A DNA stretch of 64,000 nucleotides from Camelus ferus (Eukaryota). This document shows, in pieces, positions 52,001 through 64,000 of the stretch. The notes beneath the pieces are model-generated. The model was not told the DNA's origin and searched no databases. It saw nothing but the letters and a program-made list of their open reading frames with translations. The stretch lies in contig NC_045715.1 in assembly GCF_009834535.1 (NCBI RefSeq), positions 20,460,001 through 20,524,000 of the forward strand. Reading direction: 5' to 3'. Position numbers and translations under genes: made by a program. The first letter of the stretch is position 1, and the number at the start of each line of letters is the position of its first letter.

Positions 52001-55000
52001 CAGGGGGAGAACGTGGGGAGAAAGAGCGTCAAGTGACCTGCCCCTTCAGCTGCTCCACGCATCCTCTGTGCTCCAGCTCCTGGGCCTTCAGCTGCACCAT
52101 GAGGGCAAACACCTTCTCCCGCCAGCGCTTCAGCAGGGACTGGCACTTCCTGGTGAACTCGGGCTCCAGAGTGTCTGAAGGCTGAATCTGCAGGGTGGAG
52201 GAAGAGGGGAGACTGTGGGCTCCCCGGGGAGCAGAGGGAGGAGGTGGGTTTGTCTCTTCTATCCTGCCCACGCAGCAGGAGCCACAGCAAGAAGAGGCGT
52301 GGGGAGGAGGGACGCCAACAGGTTCTGGCTGCGGCACATCACCCCTCCCGCCCACAGGGAGGTACCCAGGGCATGAGGGGCCTACCTTCCGGGCCAGCTC
52401 CTCCTCCTGCATGGAGAGGATGTGCGTGAGGCTCTGGACTCGCACCTGCAGCAGCTCGGCCGTGGTGTGCAGACCATCCCGGTCCTCATGCAAGTGCTGC
52501 GGGTCAGGGTGGAGGGAGAGAGAGGGCAGACGCCTCTTTCTGGGCTCCCAGCTGGCCCTCAGGCAGTGGCCAGTCTGCCCCCTGTATAGCACTGCCTTCT
52601 CTCCAGGGGTCTGTGTTCTTCTCCAGGGGCCCCTTTCCCAGAACCGGAGCCCTTGTCCCACCTCATGCCCTGTACCTGCACAGTTTCTAGAAGCTCCTGT
52701 CGCTCTGATTCCCATGTCTGGCTGTGGACCTCAGGAGGGACTTGCTCCCCTACGTATCTTCTTAGATTCTCAACCAAGGTCACCTGAGCCTCCAAGTCTT
52801 CTTGGGTCTTGCTAGGGTTGGGGTGGGAACAGGGTAGCCATTCAGTGGGGCTACCCTGGCTGGAAACCTACCCCACCCACCAACCCACCAACTGCTGGGC
52901 TCCCCTCCAGCCACCCACCCCGTCCACTCACCTCAGCTGTTTCCGAAGCAGCTCGGTCTCCCTCTGGGCCACGGCCAGCTCCTTGGCTTCCCCTGACCTC
53001 CTGGTTTCCAGACTACTCAGAGATTTCTCCAGGCCCCCTGCTTTGTTAGTCAAACTGGAAAGAGCCTCCTGGTGAGCCCGCATCAAGGAGGAGAGCTGCG
53101 GAGAGAAGGGAGGGCTCAGCAGAGGTGAGCTCCCTCACTCTCACCACATGTGACCTCAGACGACCACCCAGGAAATCACCCAACTGTGCATGGCAAAACA
53201 GAGACCAGCCTGGGGGGCCCACACCCCCATCACTCTCCAATCCATCAGCCAGTTCTCTCCCCAAGTACTGTCACTCCTCTCATCTCCACAGCCACCAACC
53301 TCGGGTAAACCACCCTCATCTCTGGCCTGGACAACGGCAACAGTCTCCTGACTGGTCTTGAAAACCCTCCAGTGGCTTACTTACCACATTGTGCAGGCCA
53401 GTGTCCTTCCTTGGCCTCTGCCCGCTTCTCTAAGCCCGTCTCTTGTCGCTCTTCCACTGCCCACGGCACTCTGGCCACAGCGCTCTCCCATCGTCCCCTC
53501 AACAAGCCCGCTCCTTCCCACCTTGGAGTCAACCTGGAGGCTTGAGTTCCCCCAGCACCTCAGATCTCAGGTGATGTCACCCCCTCGGGAAAGCCTCACC
53601 AGGCCTCTAATCCTGATCCTCCTGCTGGGCCCCATCACCTGTTCAGGCCCTTCCTGCATTTTTATCATTATGACACCATCTTGCTTCTACACGTGCTTAC
53701 TACCTGCCTCCCTCCATTTGAAAGGAAGCTCTAGGAAGACAGGGAGCCTGTCCTTTTCTCACAGCACCTCCGACAGTGCTAAGGGTGTCAGAGATGCTGA
53801 AGGAGTCAGGGGTTGGCCAGTGAAGGAGGGAAGTGGCTGCCCCCATTTCCTGCCTGCCGGCCTCTAGTCCTATCTCCAGAACCCCGTCACAGTGAGCTGT
53901 TTGGACATAAATCACAAAAGTGGTCCTTTTAGACCTAAAATAGAAATCCAATCATGTCATTTCCCTGTTTAAAATCTTTCGACAGCTGCCCATTGCTCTT
54001 AAGGTAAAGTATAAAGTTGAACAGCCCGAGGCCTCACACTCCACCCCAGCACCCAGCGCCCCCTCACTGCCTGCACTCAAGCCCCTCGGGCCTCCTCCCG
54101 TCCATGTGCTGCCCAGTGTTGCACCAGCCCCACTGGCGCCCCACAGGCCGCCCCACCAGCCACTCCTAGTGCACAGATGTCAGCCTCTTATCACTAAGAG
54201 TCTTTCATGAATCTAAAGGCCCTATATATTTTTCTTCGAATGATCTCCTTTGTTCATTTTCTGACTGGACTGCTGTATTTCCATCCTGATTTCTAGGCAC
54301 ACGTTATAGAATAGGGATGTTAGCTTCTTCCTATGATACAAGCTGTAAATAATCTTCCCTCCTTTATTTGGTCCTTTAATTTTACTTTTATCTTGTCATT
54401 CTTAAGTTTAGTTTTATAAAGTCAATATGTCAAACTTTAATGGCTCTGGATTTTGATTCATAGGTAGAAAGGCTTCCCCATTCCCAGATTATGGGTATTC
54501 ACCCATATTTTCTTTCAATGTCTTTACTTCCTCACACGTCAACTGGTTAGGGTGGCGTCCTGAAAACCCCCAGACCAGTTAGGGCTCCTTTGTCCTTCTC
54601 CTTCATGGCACTTCTCCCAATGGCAATGAATGAATTAGGATTAAATTAAGCCTTGAATGTGTGTGCCCTCACTAGGCTGTCAGCTCCACCCCTGAGGGCA
54701 GACTGGGCTGATTCGCTCACCCCAGTGTCCCAGCTCCTGTCTCAGGATGGCACAGAGCAAGCAGAGATAAATGCTTGCTGACTGAATAATCTCCCCTTTC
54801 CAGCCCACCTTAGGACTCCGCTTCCCCTTTCCCAGTGCTCCCTTACGAACTGGGTACCTAGAGAAAAGTAGGAAGACAAACTACTTCCTACTGGAAGGGG
54901 AAGGAGGGCTTCAAGTGATGGGAGGTCACCTGAGTCCTGGGGGAAAGTGCAGTCTGAATAAGACCAACACACCCAAGTCCTCCTTCTTTCCAGGGCACCA

Positions 55001-57456
55001 GTTTTTTCACCTTCACCAAACATCTCATCACTGCTCTCTGCTGGGGAGCTCCTGCCCAGTTCACGTTGAGAAGTTGAACCCTTCCCACACCCACACTCAC
55101 CTGCTCTTGGTGCAGCCTCTGAACCTCCTCCAGCTCCCGCTGGCTCCCCTCTTCCAGGTTCTTCCGGACAACCTCGGCCCCCGCCAAGGCGGCACGCAGG
55201 CCCTCGGCCTCAGCACGGCCGGCCTTCTCCGCCCGGGCCAGAGCCTCCAGCTCCATGGCCTGGGACTCCAGCCTCATCTTCTGCTGCAGTGAGGTTTCCC
55301 GCAGCACCCGGACCTCCTCCTCCAGCCGCCGCAGCTCTTGCAGCTGCCGAGAGATCAGCTCAGCCTGCTGGCTCAGGGCCTGTGACCCAGGTAGCTCCAC
55401 AGACCTTCGAAGACAGGTTAGCACAGGTGAGACCTGTCTCATGCCAGGAGAGTGGCCAAGGCATAAATGGAGACAGGAGAAGGAGAAGAGACTCCCTCTG
55501 CTCCTGAGTGGGGAGATGGCAGGGGATGAAACTGGGCCCTGGGGATCTCTGCACTTCCACCAGCATCAACATTCATCCAGGCCCCACTAAGCATACCTGG
55601 GCCCACAGGACCTAAAGGCTAGCTGAGATCACAGAACATGCTCTCTTGGGGGCGATACACAGGCAGATATGTTAAAACATCAAATGTGCATATTATGAGG
55701 TGACACAGTCCAAGTTGGAAAGACACTTGGAGACTTCTGAATTCTGATTTAAGGGCAAGGAAAATTTAGGGAGGTGCAAAGAAAGGTCACAGCTTCCAGT
55801 ATCAGTACAGCAAGGCCAGGCGCTCATTAAAATCATTTATTGAATGTCAGGTATACTGCGTGAGAAGTCTGAGGGCAGCACCTCAATAAATTACATAGTC
55901 CCAACCTCTGGAGAGCACAGCCTACTGGCGTCACATAAAGTTTAAAGCCCCTTATGACATGGCTCTTGATACAGCTCCCTCACTGAGGCCCAGGACCACA
56001 GGACTTTTTTTAAAAAGTGGCAGAGATCTGCAGCCTAGAGTAATTAAGTGACTGGTCAAAAGACTCCTCACTGGTAGCCAAACTAGCCACGGAGAGTCTC
56101 CATCTCCTGACATTCACGCCAGGGCTCCCTTTGCATCATCATGCTCCCTTCTCTAGGGTGGGGTCCAAGGTAGATCCATCAGCATTTCTGCTCGAGAGCA
56201 AAATGGCAGAAAATGATGTTCCAGTCCATTTGGGAAAAGACCCACATGAAACATCAAGAATAAGAATTTTAACAGACAGCACGTTGACAAATAGCACAGC
56301 CAAATCCATCAGAATGAATGCACACCGCCACAGCACCGGGTCTGTATGCCCAGCCCACACTTCTTGTTTTATACTATGCTTAATATATTAGCTGCGGACC
56401 AAGCTATCTCTTCTCTTAGGATTTTAAACTCCTTAATATCAGGATCTCTCTTACTCATTTTTGGTACCCCTGTCCCTAGTGGCTAACACATGGCCTTACG
56501 ATTATTTACGCATTATAGGCACCAACAATTTCTTACTTAAAAATGAACAAATCACGGAACTAAGGGCTGAAATAGCATAAGGAATCTATTTCACTGAAGA
56601 AGGGTCACTGGCGACCAAGCCTGAGAAAACAGCCACGGTGGATCCCTACCTGCCTCTCCACCTGGGCTCCTGCCCTTTGCCAGAAACTTCCGGTTCCCAC
56701 ATGGTCACTTGAAGTCTCTGGTTGTCTGGCTGCCTCTCTGAGACATCTTGATGGGCTGGGGGTTGGATCAGGGGAATGTCTGAGACCCAAGTGGGAGCCA
56801 TTCTTGGCAGAGTTGGACGGGGCCGAGCTTGGAAGTGGGATGGGGGAATCAGCCCAGTGGAACCTGAGGAATCGTAAGGACAAAGATGGTCAGTTCCCCA
56901 GGGAGACGCAATCACCAGTCCCCTTGTCAGGTCCCACTGACCTGAAGGTCGAAACATCTCCACATTATTTGAAGTCTCTAGATTCTGTGTCCAGCCATCT
57001 ATGTTCCCCTGGACAATAGGAGAAACAAGGACACTCCAACTCAATTTTCAGGCCACCTTCCCAAGAGAGCGCTCCTACAATAACAAAGTCATAATCCTTA
57101 AACAACAGCCAGGTCCATCAACTCTTAACTCCTCTTTTCCTCCTTCCCAAAAGAAGTAGGAAATACTCGAAGATCAACTTGCTTCTCTCAGTTTGGTTCC
57201 TGATAGAACTACAGCAACAGCCATGAGATGGAGAGAATGTACTGAAACAGGCTGAGAGGCTCTTAGGTTTTACTCATATGTTTAGAATTCTGGGCAGTGC
57301 CTTTACCATCCTCCTTAAGTTTCTACAGTCTCTGCCGTTCCTGGATGGAGGTGAGAAAGGAGGTATGCAGTGCAGGGGCTGTGAGCCCAATCTCCAGAGT
57401 TCTCTCCACGGCTCAGCAAGGCCTTGAGGAAGCCCATCCAGACACCACCAAGCCAT
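46082..57456 (-). CDS. CCHCR1: Coiled-coil alpha-helical rod protein 1; 845 aa from the exon-1b ATG (57456) or 778 aa from the exon-2 ATG (56957)
   Basis: Exons, all GT-AG and phase-consistent: 57456-57307, 57008-56942, 56863-56650, 55404-55101, 53095-52932, 52811-52676, 52496-52386, 52187-52038, 51566-51456, 51370-51264, 48823-48711, 48530-48485, 48337-48201, 48065-47877, 47780-47679, 46865-46714, 46604-46433, 46194-46082 (TGA). Peptides such as [52 protein letters not shown] and [20 protein letters not shown] match CCHCR1. Confidence 0.96.
47140..47410 (+). mobile_element. Old L1M 3'UTR fragment in a CCHCR1 intron
   Basis: TTCTTAAAGTGTAACAATGGTATTGAGGTTAT...GCAACTTACTTTCAATG...GTGTTTTGAAATTTT resembles an L1ME-type 3' end. 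Confidence 0.6.
50504..50850 (+). mobile_element. Tigger1-type (TcMar) internally deleted DNA transposon in CCHCR1 intron 10
   Basis: TA|CAGGCAGATGTCGGAGAGATTG...CCAGACCATCACAATAAAGTGAATGTCGCAATAAAGCGAGTCAC at the 5' end and ...ATAGACTTGCTC...AAACCTTCAAT...CAGTATCTGTGAAG...GCCTG at the 3' end. Confidence 0.88.
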
Positions 57457-58049
57457 GACTCCTGGATCCTTCCCTCTCAAAGCACTGGCCCAAGGCCTGG
57501 CCCCGGATGAATGTGGCCAAATGTAGGGCAGGATGCCTACTCAGGGCCCCGGGGTGGGGGGTGGGGGGATCCAGGCAGCCTAGACCCCTTGGCAGGAAAG
57601 TCAGCTTCCTGACATCTCATCCAAACCCTTCCAGCAACTTTCCTCAGTTTCTCTCTACTGTCCCCTCAGGTTCCATTCCTGTCGCCCATCAGCCTCTCCA
57701 GAGACTTAGAGCATAGAGAGGGCTCTTCAAGAATTCCCCACTCTCCCACCCGAATTCATCTATTTTTCCCCCAATCTGGGATTCCTACCCCCCTCCCCAC
57801 ATCCTACTTCGCTTTTATCCTGAAGGAATTCTTCTGGCCCCTCACTCTCATCCCTCAACTCGATAGCCTTGCTCTCCCTCGCTCCTCTTCCCCAGATACT
57901 CCTGAGTCTTCACTCTGCTGGACGCTGAGCTCGAAGGCTTTCTGACCACCTCATTTGTTCCTTCCCCCGGCCCGTGTACTCTTCACCTTGTGGATCCCTG
58001 AACCCACCCCTGCAACCCTTTCACAGCCCCTTCCCGCCCCCAACCGACT

Positions 58050-58720
58050 CTCCCCGAATGCCCCTTACCCAGCGCGAGAGACCCTTCTGCCCTTTGGCCA
58101 CACCCCCTACACCTAGATCCCGGGCGTGGCCTCCGCGCCAGACCGCGCCTGCGCAAAGCGGGCAGGTTGGCGGGCCGCTCTAAAGCCCTGTACCACCCCG
58201 GAAGGAGGAGGGAAAGAAGTGCACGCAGGCGCAGTAGTGTCTAAAGCCCAGCCCAATTAAGGCGTTGGGGGCATCTCCGCGCCCTGGCGGCTCCTCCCGA
58301 CTCCGGGAACCCGGGAAAACTTGTGAACAAATCAGAAAAAGCGGAAGGCGGGACATCGGGGATCCTCCCAGCAAGCTACCCAATGCAGAGAAGGAGGGCA
58401 AACGAGGTGGCCAATCAGAAACGGCACGAGGGGCGGGCTCGCTCGGCGCGAAGTTCGGACCCGGGAATTCCGAAGGCGGGGTCGGCGCTGCCCGCGCACT
58501 GAGGCCGCGCCCCTCCTGGCCTCGCTTCCTCGCTGTCAAACAGCCGCAGGAGAGCCAGCCCCGGCCGGAGCTCGAGAGGTCCTGGGCTGCCGCACAGGCT
58601 GGCACTGCCTGGAGAGGGGACCACTCCGAGACTGCACCGCGCGGTAGATACGAACCGGGCTGGGGCGGGGAGGAAAAATGCTGGTTTTGCCTTGCATGAT
58701 CCTGGGGAGCCCTTTCCTGT
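58050..58720. promoter_or_regulatory. Bidirectional CpG-island promoter of CCHCR1 and TCF19
   Basis: High CpG. NRF1-type GCGCCTGCGCA at 58145-58155. CCAAT at 58253, 58380 and 58411 (the last two 31 bp apart). E2F site GGCGCGAA at 58445-58452. Minus-strand donor TGG|GTAAGG at 58068 is a candidate CCHCR1 non-coding exon 1a. Fits the known G1/S regulation of TCF19. Confidence 0.88.
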
Positions 58721-59384
58721 TTTTACCCCACCTGGAGAAGTCAGGAAGCAGGGTTTTAGATCCGCTTGGTTGGAGAACGTAGAGACTCGTTTGCACTGCC
58801 TTTTGAGGGTGACAGTGGATACATTTTCTACTGTGGTTCAGACTAACTAGTTATGAGTGTGGGATTGGCCAGAAGAGCCAGGCGCGGGCTAGCAGGAGGG
58901 TTACTCCATTTGGATAAAAATGTTTGACAGAAAGAAGCTTCTCTTCTGCAGATTACACCGAGGTGACAAGTTAGTATCACACACAAGCAGGAACCCACCC
59001 CCAACCCATACACCTACAGAACTTCCCTAGAAGCTGCCTAATGTATTGTTGCCTTGCACAGATTGAAGGCTCCTGGAATATCTTGCGGACTGAGGATCTG
59101 ATTCAACTTAATGCCATAGGACGCCTTCGTTTTTGCACTACCCTGGGACCTTCACCAAATTTTTCAGTTGCAAATCTGTTGACAGCCAATTTTACATCAC
59201 ATCCTAGGCTCCTCGCACTCTGAATTTGCATTACTCAGAGAGTGTGCCCAAAGTTGAAATTGCCCAAAGCACAGCTCAAGTTTGCATCAGAACGAAAGTG
59301 AACTTAGGCCAGCTGTGCATGGCCCAGGAGTGGGAAAGGTGATGGATTCCTGAAGTGAAAGAGATTGTGGAGGGGGCACCGCCC

Positions 59385-61727
59385 ATGCTGCCCTGCTTCC
59401 AGCTGCTGCGCATAGGGGGCGGCAAGGGTGTCGATCTCTACACCTTCCACCCTCCAAGCGGGACTGGCTGCACCTACCGCCTGGGCTGCCGGGCCGACCT
59501 GTGTGATGTGGCCCTGCGGCCCCAGCAGGAGCCTGGCCTCATCTCTGGAGTCCACGCAGAGCTGCACGCTGAGCGTCGGGGCGATGACTGGAGGGTCAGC
59601 CTGGAGGACCATAGCAGCCAAGGTGAGGAGTGAGCAGAGCAGCCTTGCACCTGGGCAGCCACAGTTCTGGGCTGGAATGAGTCTCCACAGGGACCCTGCC
59701 TGCCTCCCAAACTCCCCATCAGGTTGGATTGACAATTGTCATCCAGACCTGTCTTCCCACCAGGAGTGTGCAGTATCAGAAGCTCTTTCCAGGGCTGATC
59801 CTTGATGGGCCCTGTTTAGCTCATACAAGGGCTGGTAGGTAGATCCAGGGCATGGGGTATCATCAGGGCAGTATCACATTGGGATTGTTCTGGAGTCTTT
59901 GGGGACCAAGCTCAGACATGACTCAGTTTCCGTATCTGCGAAGGCACATTGGTCTTTGCTTAGGACAGTTATATGTTGAGTTGTTCGAATGATCTGGGAG
60001 TGTCTTCCTTACTTCCTGATTTACATCCAATCCTCAGGCTTGGATTCACATCTGAGTTCTGCCACTGGCCCCTGGCATTGTCACTCAGGCCTGTCACTTC
60101 ACCTCTCTATGTCTTAGGTTACTCTTAGGTAAGATGTAAGTCTTTGCTAGGTCTGCTTAGGAAGTGTTGTGGGGATTGGTTAACTATAGCGGCCAATATT
60201 TATTTAGTGTTTACTCTTAAGAGCCAGGCACTGTTCTGAGTGCATTAAATGTAAATGAGCACAAATATCATCCCCATTTTACAGACAAGGAAAGTGAGGT
60301 ACAAAAAGGCTAATTTGTCCAGGGTCACATGGCTGGTAAGTGGTGGAGTTTGGATTTGAACCCAGACAGTCTGAGCTATGTTGATAAGTGCTGAGTTGGA
60401 GCTGCGTGACAGCATCTCAGAGAATCAGACCTCAGTGGTGTGATGGAAGTTCATTCCTTCCACATGCCCTGTGGGGGGGGCATAAGAAAAATAAACATTC
60501 CCAACTCACAAGGAGTTCATATCTGATGTCACCTGGAGGGACTTAGAATGTAAGAATTTAATGACAGGTGTCATGTTCTTCCTCGTGTTCCCCAGAAAAT
60601 CAAACAGGACCAGATTTCTCCACTTCTGACCAGTTGTTTGTTTTTGTCGTTCTGTCTGGTGCCCTACCATCAACAGGGACTTTGGTCAATAATGTCCGAC
60701 TCCCAAGGGGTCACAGGCTGGAGTTGAGTGATGGTGACCTTCTGACCTTTGGTCCAGAAGGCCCCCCAGGAACCAGCCCCTCGGAGTTCTACATGTTTCA
60801 GCAAGTCCGAGTCAAACCTCAAGATTTTGCTGCCATTACCATTCCACGGTCTAGGGGAGACCAGGGAACCGGGACTGGTTTCCAGCCCGTGCTGCCCTCC
60901 CAAGGGGCTCCACAGCGCCCCCTCAGCACCCTCTCCCCTGCCCCCAAAGCCACGCTGATCCTCAACTCCATTGGCAGCCTCAGCAAGCTCCACTCCCAGC
61001 CCCTCACCTTCTCTCGGAGTGGGGGGGTGCTACAGAGCCGGCCCACTCCAACTCCCCCTGGGGAAGTAGGGACCACCCCTTCTGCCCCAGCCCCAAGAAA
61101 CCGGAGGAAATCAGCTCACCGAGTGCTGGCAGAACTGGATGATGAGAGAGAGGCTCCTGAGAGCCCCCCACCAGTCCTTATGGAGCCCAGGAAGAAACTC
61201 CGTGTAGAGAAGACTCCACCGACACCCAGTGGGTAAGTGGAAAAATCTCAGTCTCAGTATTTCACTGCCTTGATTCCGTTTTAGAGCCCTAGGCTGGGAG
61301 GTGGCTCTCTGCTTGGGGGGTTGGAGGTGGAACAGATTTTGGAATGGCAAGACCTGGGTTGGTTCTACTAACCAGATTCACCATTCGTCTAGTAAATCTA
61401 TCTAGGTTCACTCTCAGTTATCCAGGGGAAAGTCCTAGGCTACTGCAGGTTTCCAGTGACCTTGATTTTTGTGTCACTTTCTTCAGAAATCGACGTGGGC
61501 GTCCTCGGAAGCACCCAGTGAGCACGCCCAGGGCCCCCCCTGCAGTTGGGGGCGGGGAGCCCTGTGCAGCCCCTTGTTGCTGCCTACCCCAAGAAGAGAC
61601 AGTAGCCTGGGTTCAGTGTGATGGTTGTGACATCTGGTTCCACGTGGCCTGTGTTGGCTGCAGCATCCAGGCTGCCAGGGAAGCCGACTTTCGATGCCCA
61701 GGGTGTCGTGTAGGTATCCAGACCTAA
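59385..61727 (+). CDS. TCF19: Transcription factor 19 (N-terminal FHA domain, C-terminal PHD finger), 344 aa; coding exons 59385-59622, 60677-61232, 61487-61727
   Basis: MLPCFQLLRIGGGKG...SLEDHSSQ G|GTGAGG; CAACAG|GGACTTTGGTC (GTLVNNVRLPRG); AGTGG|GTAAGT; CTTCAG|AAATCGA; C-terminus CAAPCCC...WVQCDGCDIWFHVACVGC...FRCPGC. 238+556+241=1035 nt. Confidence 0.98.
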
Positions 61728-62239
61728 GGCCCACCACCAAAGCACCAGAGGACAGAGCTGGCACTTCCAGGTGGACACTGGGGTGCCAGTGGATCCTAAG
61801 AGATACCCTCTTCTTCCCTTGCCTCCCCAGGAGGGAATGACTGCAGGGGAAGGGTCCATGGCTATGGATGTCAATTCAAGGCCTGGAGCAAGCCCTCATG
61901 GCCAAGGTGACAGAAGAGATGGTTTCCTGCCAAAGATATTGCTGCATCTAGGAAGTTGCTCCAGCTAGGAAGTGAGCTGGAGAGTCCCACTTATAAGATG
62001 TTGTCATGGACCCTAGGATGTCTGTGGTCAAGAGCACCCATAAATTGCAGAGGTCATGCCTGGGAAGGTGGAAGCCCCAGACTTGAACAAGCAAGTTCTT
62101 AATGTCCTTGGATGGCATCACCTAAGGCACCTCTGGGAAAACCTAGGGCACAGCCCCAGACTTCCTTCTTACATTGTGAGTAATCCTTCCACTGACAATG
62201 ATTGTGACCTGGCTTTTCAGAGCTTTGCTTCCATTTCCA

Positions 62240-62245
62240 AATAAA
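62240..62245 (+). terminator. Probable poly(A) signal of TCF19
   Basis: AATAAA about 510 nt after the stop. Confidence 0.6.
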
Positions 62246-63376
62246 GAATAAGCAGCTTCTGTCTGTGGGTCTGATACTCCTTGCTTTCCAATTCTTTGGA
62301 GAATGGACTTGGTAAAGTCTGGAGAACTAAATCAGATTCTTAGGGGAAGAGAGATGAGCAGACAAGGGACAGAGAAATATGAACCTACTCACTGAAAAGG
62401 TGCATGGGATGAACTGCAGATAGAAAGACAGGAAAAAAGGTAATTACAGTTTCTCGTTTAAAGGAAAACAGATCCAGTGCCATTCAAATAAGGTATTTGG
62501 AATTTGGTCAAGTTCATGAGGGTGGCAGAACTTTTACAAGTTCCACCAGTACTACCAGGAAGAGAAAATCTAGGACACGGGCTAGAGCAGATGCAACCTG
62601 GTCCAGTGTATCAGTTGATCCACATATGCTACAATGACTCTCTTCTGAGTCTTACTCCAAGCCAAGATGCTATCAAAGCATCATTTCTATGGTTCTAATT
62701 AGGAAAGCCTCATCTTGACCTATTCTATTGCAATCTGCATGTCCATCCCCTTCCATCTCCTACTTATTACCAACCCAACTTTTTTACACACTGAGGAAAG
62801 GTCCAGAGCAAGGGCCCCAATCAGGTAGTGGCAGAGCCAGGACTAAAATTGGGGTGGGGTGGGGTGAGTCACTTACAGACAGGGTAGGCAAAAACCTTAG
62901 GTGGAAACCAAATGGACCCCAGTATCAACGCAAAAAGTGGGGTTTCTGGTTGGGGTGATATACAGAAGAAAGAAGTTATCTAGAAGACTCGATTTCTTGG
63001 CATAAAGCCACTAAGGACTTCTAGAGTAAAGTGAGGAGAAGCAAAAAGCCAGCTTGTAATAGGAAATGGACTATGCAGTAACTGCATCTTTGGGCAAAAA
63101 TAAGGCACTTACCTCCAATTTACCCAGAAGCCAGGTCACAGGCTCCTAAGAACTAAGTTCACACCCATATGAGCCCTCTACTTATAAACTCAGATTCCAA
63201 TCCCAGATCTCCCTGTGACATTGTGACTCTGAGCAGCTTAAAGGGCACCTTAGCTACAGGGTCATTTGGGTCTGAGAGCTGTTAATATCCACTATTAGAT
63301 ATCCCCGTCCACCCTTCAGTAACCAAAGGAGGATAAACCAAAGACAAGTGTATCCATCTACCGGGTCCCAGGCTTC

Positions 63377-63382
63377 TTTATT
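63377..63382 (-). terminator. Poly(A) signal of POU5F1
   Basis: AATAAA on the minus strand about 230 nt after the stop. Confidence 0.8.
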
Positions 63383-63612
63383 TAAGCACAAAGTGATTAG
63401 TGATGTGGGGATTAAAATCAAGAGCATCATTGAACTTCACCTTCCCTCCAATCAGTTACCCCAAACTCCCTGCCCCACACCCTTTGTGTCCCCAATTCCT
63501 TTCTTAGTGAATGAAGAACTTAATCCCAAAGCCCTGGTACAAACCCCAGGGTTCTCTCCCTAGCTCTCCCCTTCCTCTGCCCTCCACCTCATTCCTGGGA
63601 AGGGCAGGCACC

Positions 63613-64000
<388 letters not shown>

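Noticed and set aside
46140-55590. Many ORFs of 60-228 aa across CCHCR1
   Set aside because: Exon-plus-intron read-throughs or antisense shadows, fully explained by the exon model.

Overview
This is mammalian genomic DNA from the MHC class I 'PSORS1' framework block. Thirteen copies of a tRNA-derived SINE matching the camelid Vic-1 type suggest a camel, alpaca or llama; that species call is an inference. Spliced genes were reconstructed by hand from GT-AG boundaries and reading-frame phase. In order they are C6orf15 (-, 2 exons, 314 aa), CDSN (-, 2 exons, 502 aa), PSORS1C2 (-, 2 exons, 135 aa), CCHCR1 (-, 18 coding exons, 845 aa long or 778 aa short form), TCF19 (+, 3 coding exons, 344 aa, head-to-head with CCHCR1 on a CpG island) and the 3' end of POU5F1/OCT4 (-). 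DNA matching two PSORS1C1 coding exons is present but disabled by stops and frameshifts. The first 20 kb has no recognisable protein gene. It holds L1, MaLR, MIR and SINE repeats, an intact solo LTR with a 6-bp target-site duplication, a duplicated 54-bp RFX X-box/CCAAT module and an orphan CpG island with splice signals on both strands. There are two assembly gaps (1308-1491, 14386-14543). Most entries in the ORF track are antisense shadows, intron read-throughs or repeat-derived. No rRNA, true tRNA gene or CRISPR array is present. I found no clearly new multi-gene system. The best leads are the orphan CpG-island unit, the disabled PSORS1C1 orthologue and lineage-specific changes in CDSN and CCHCR1. 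Comparisons with human proteins come from memory and need an alignment to confirm.
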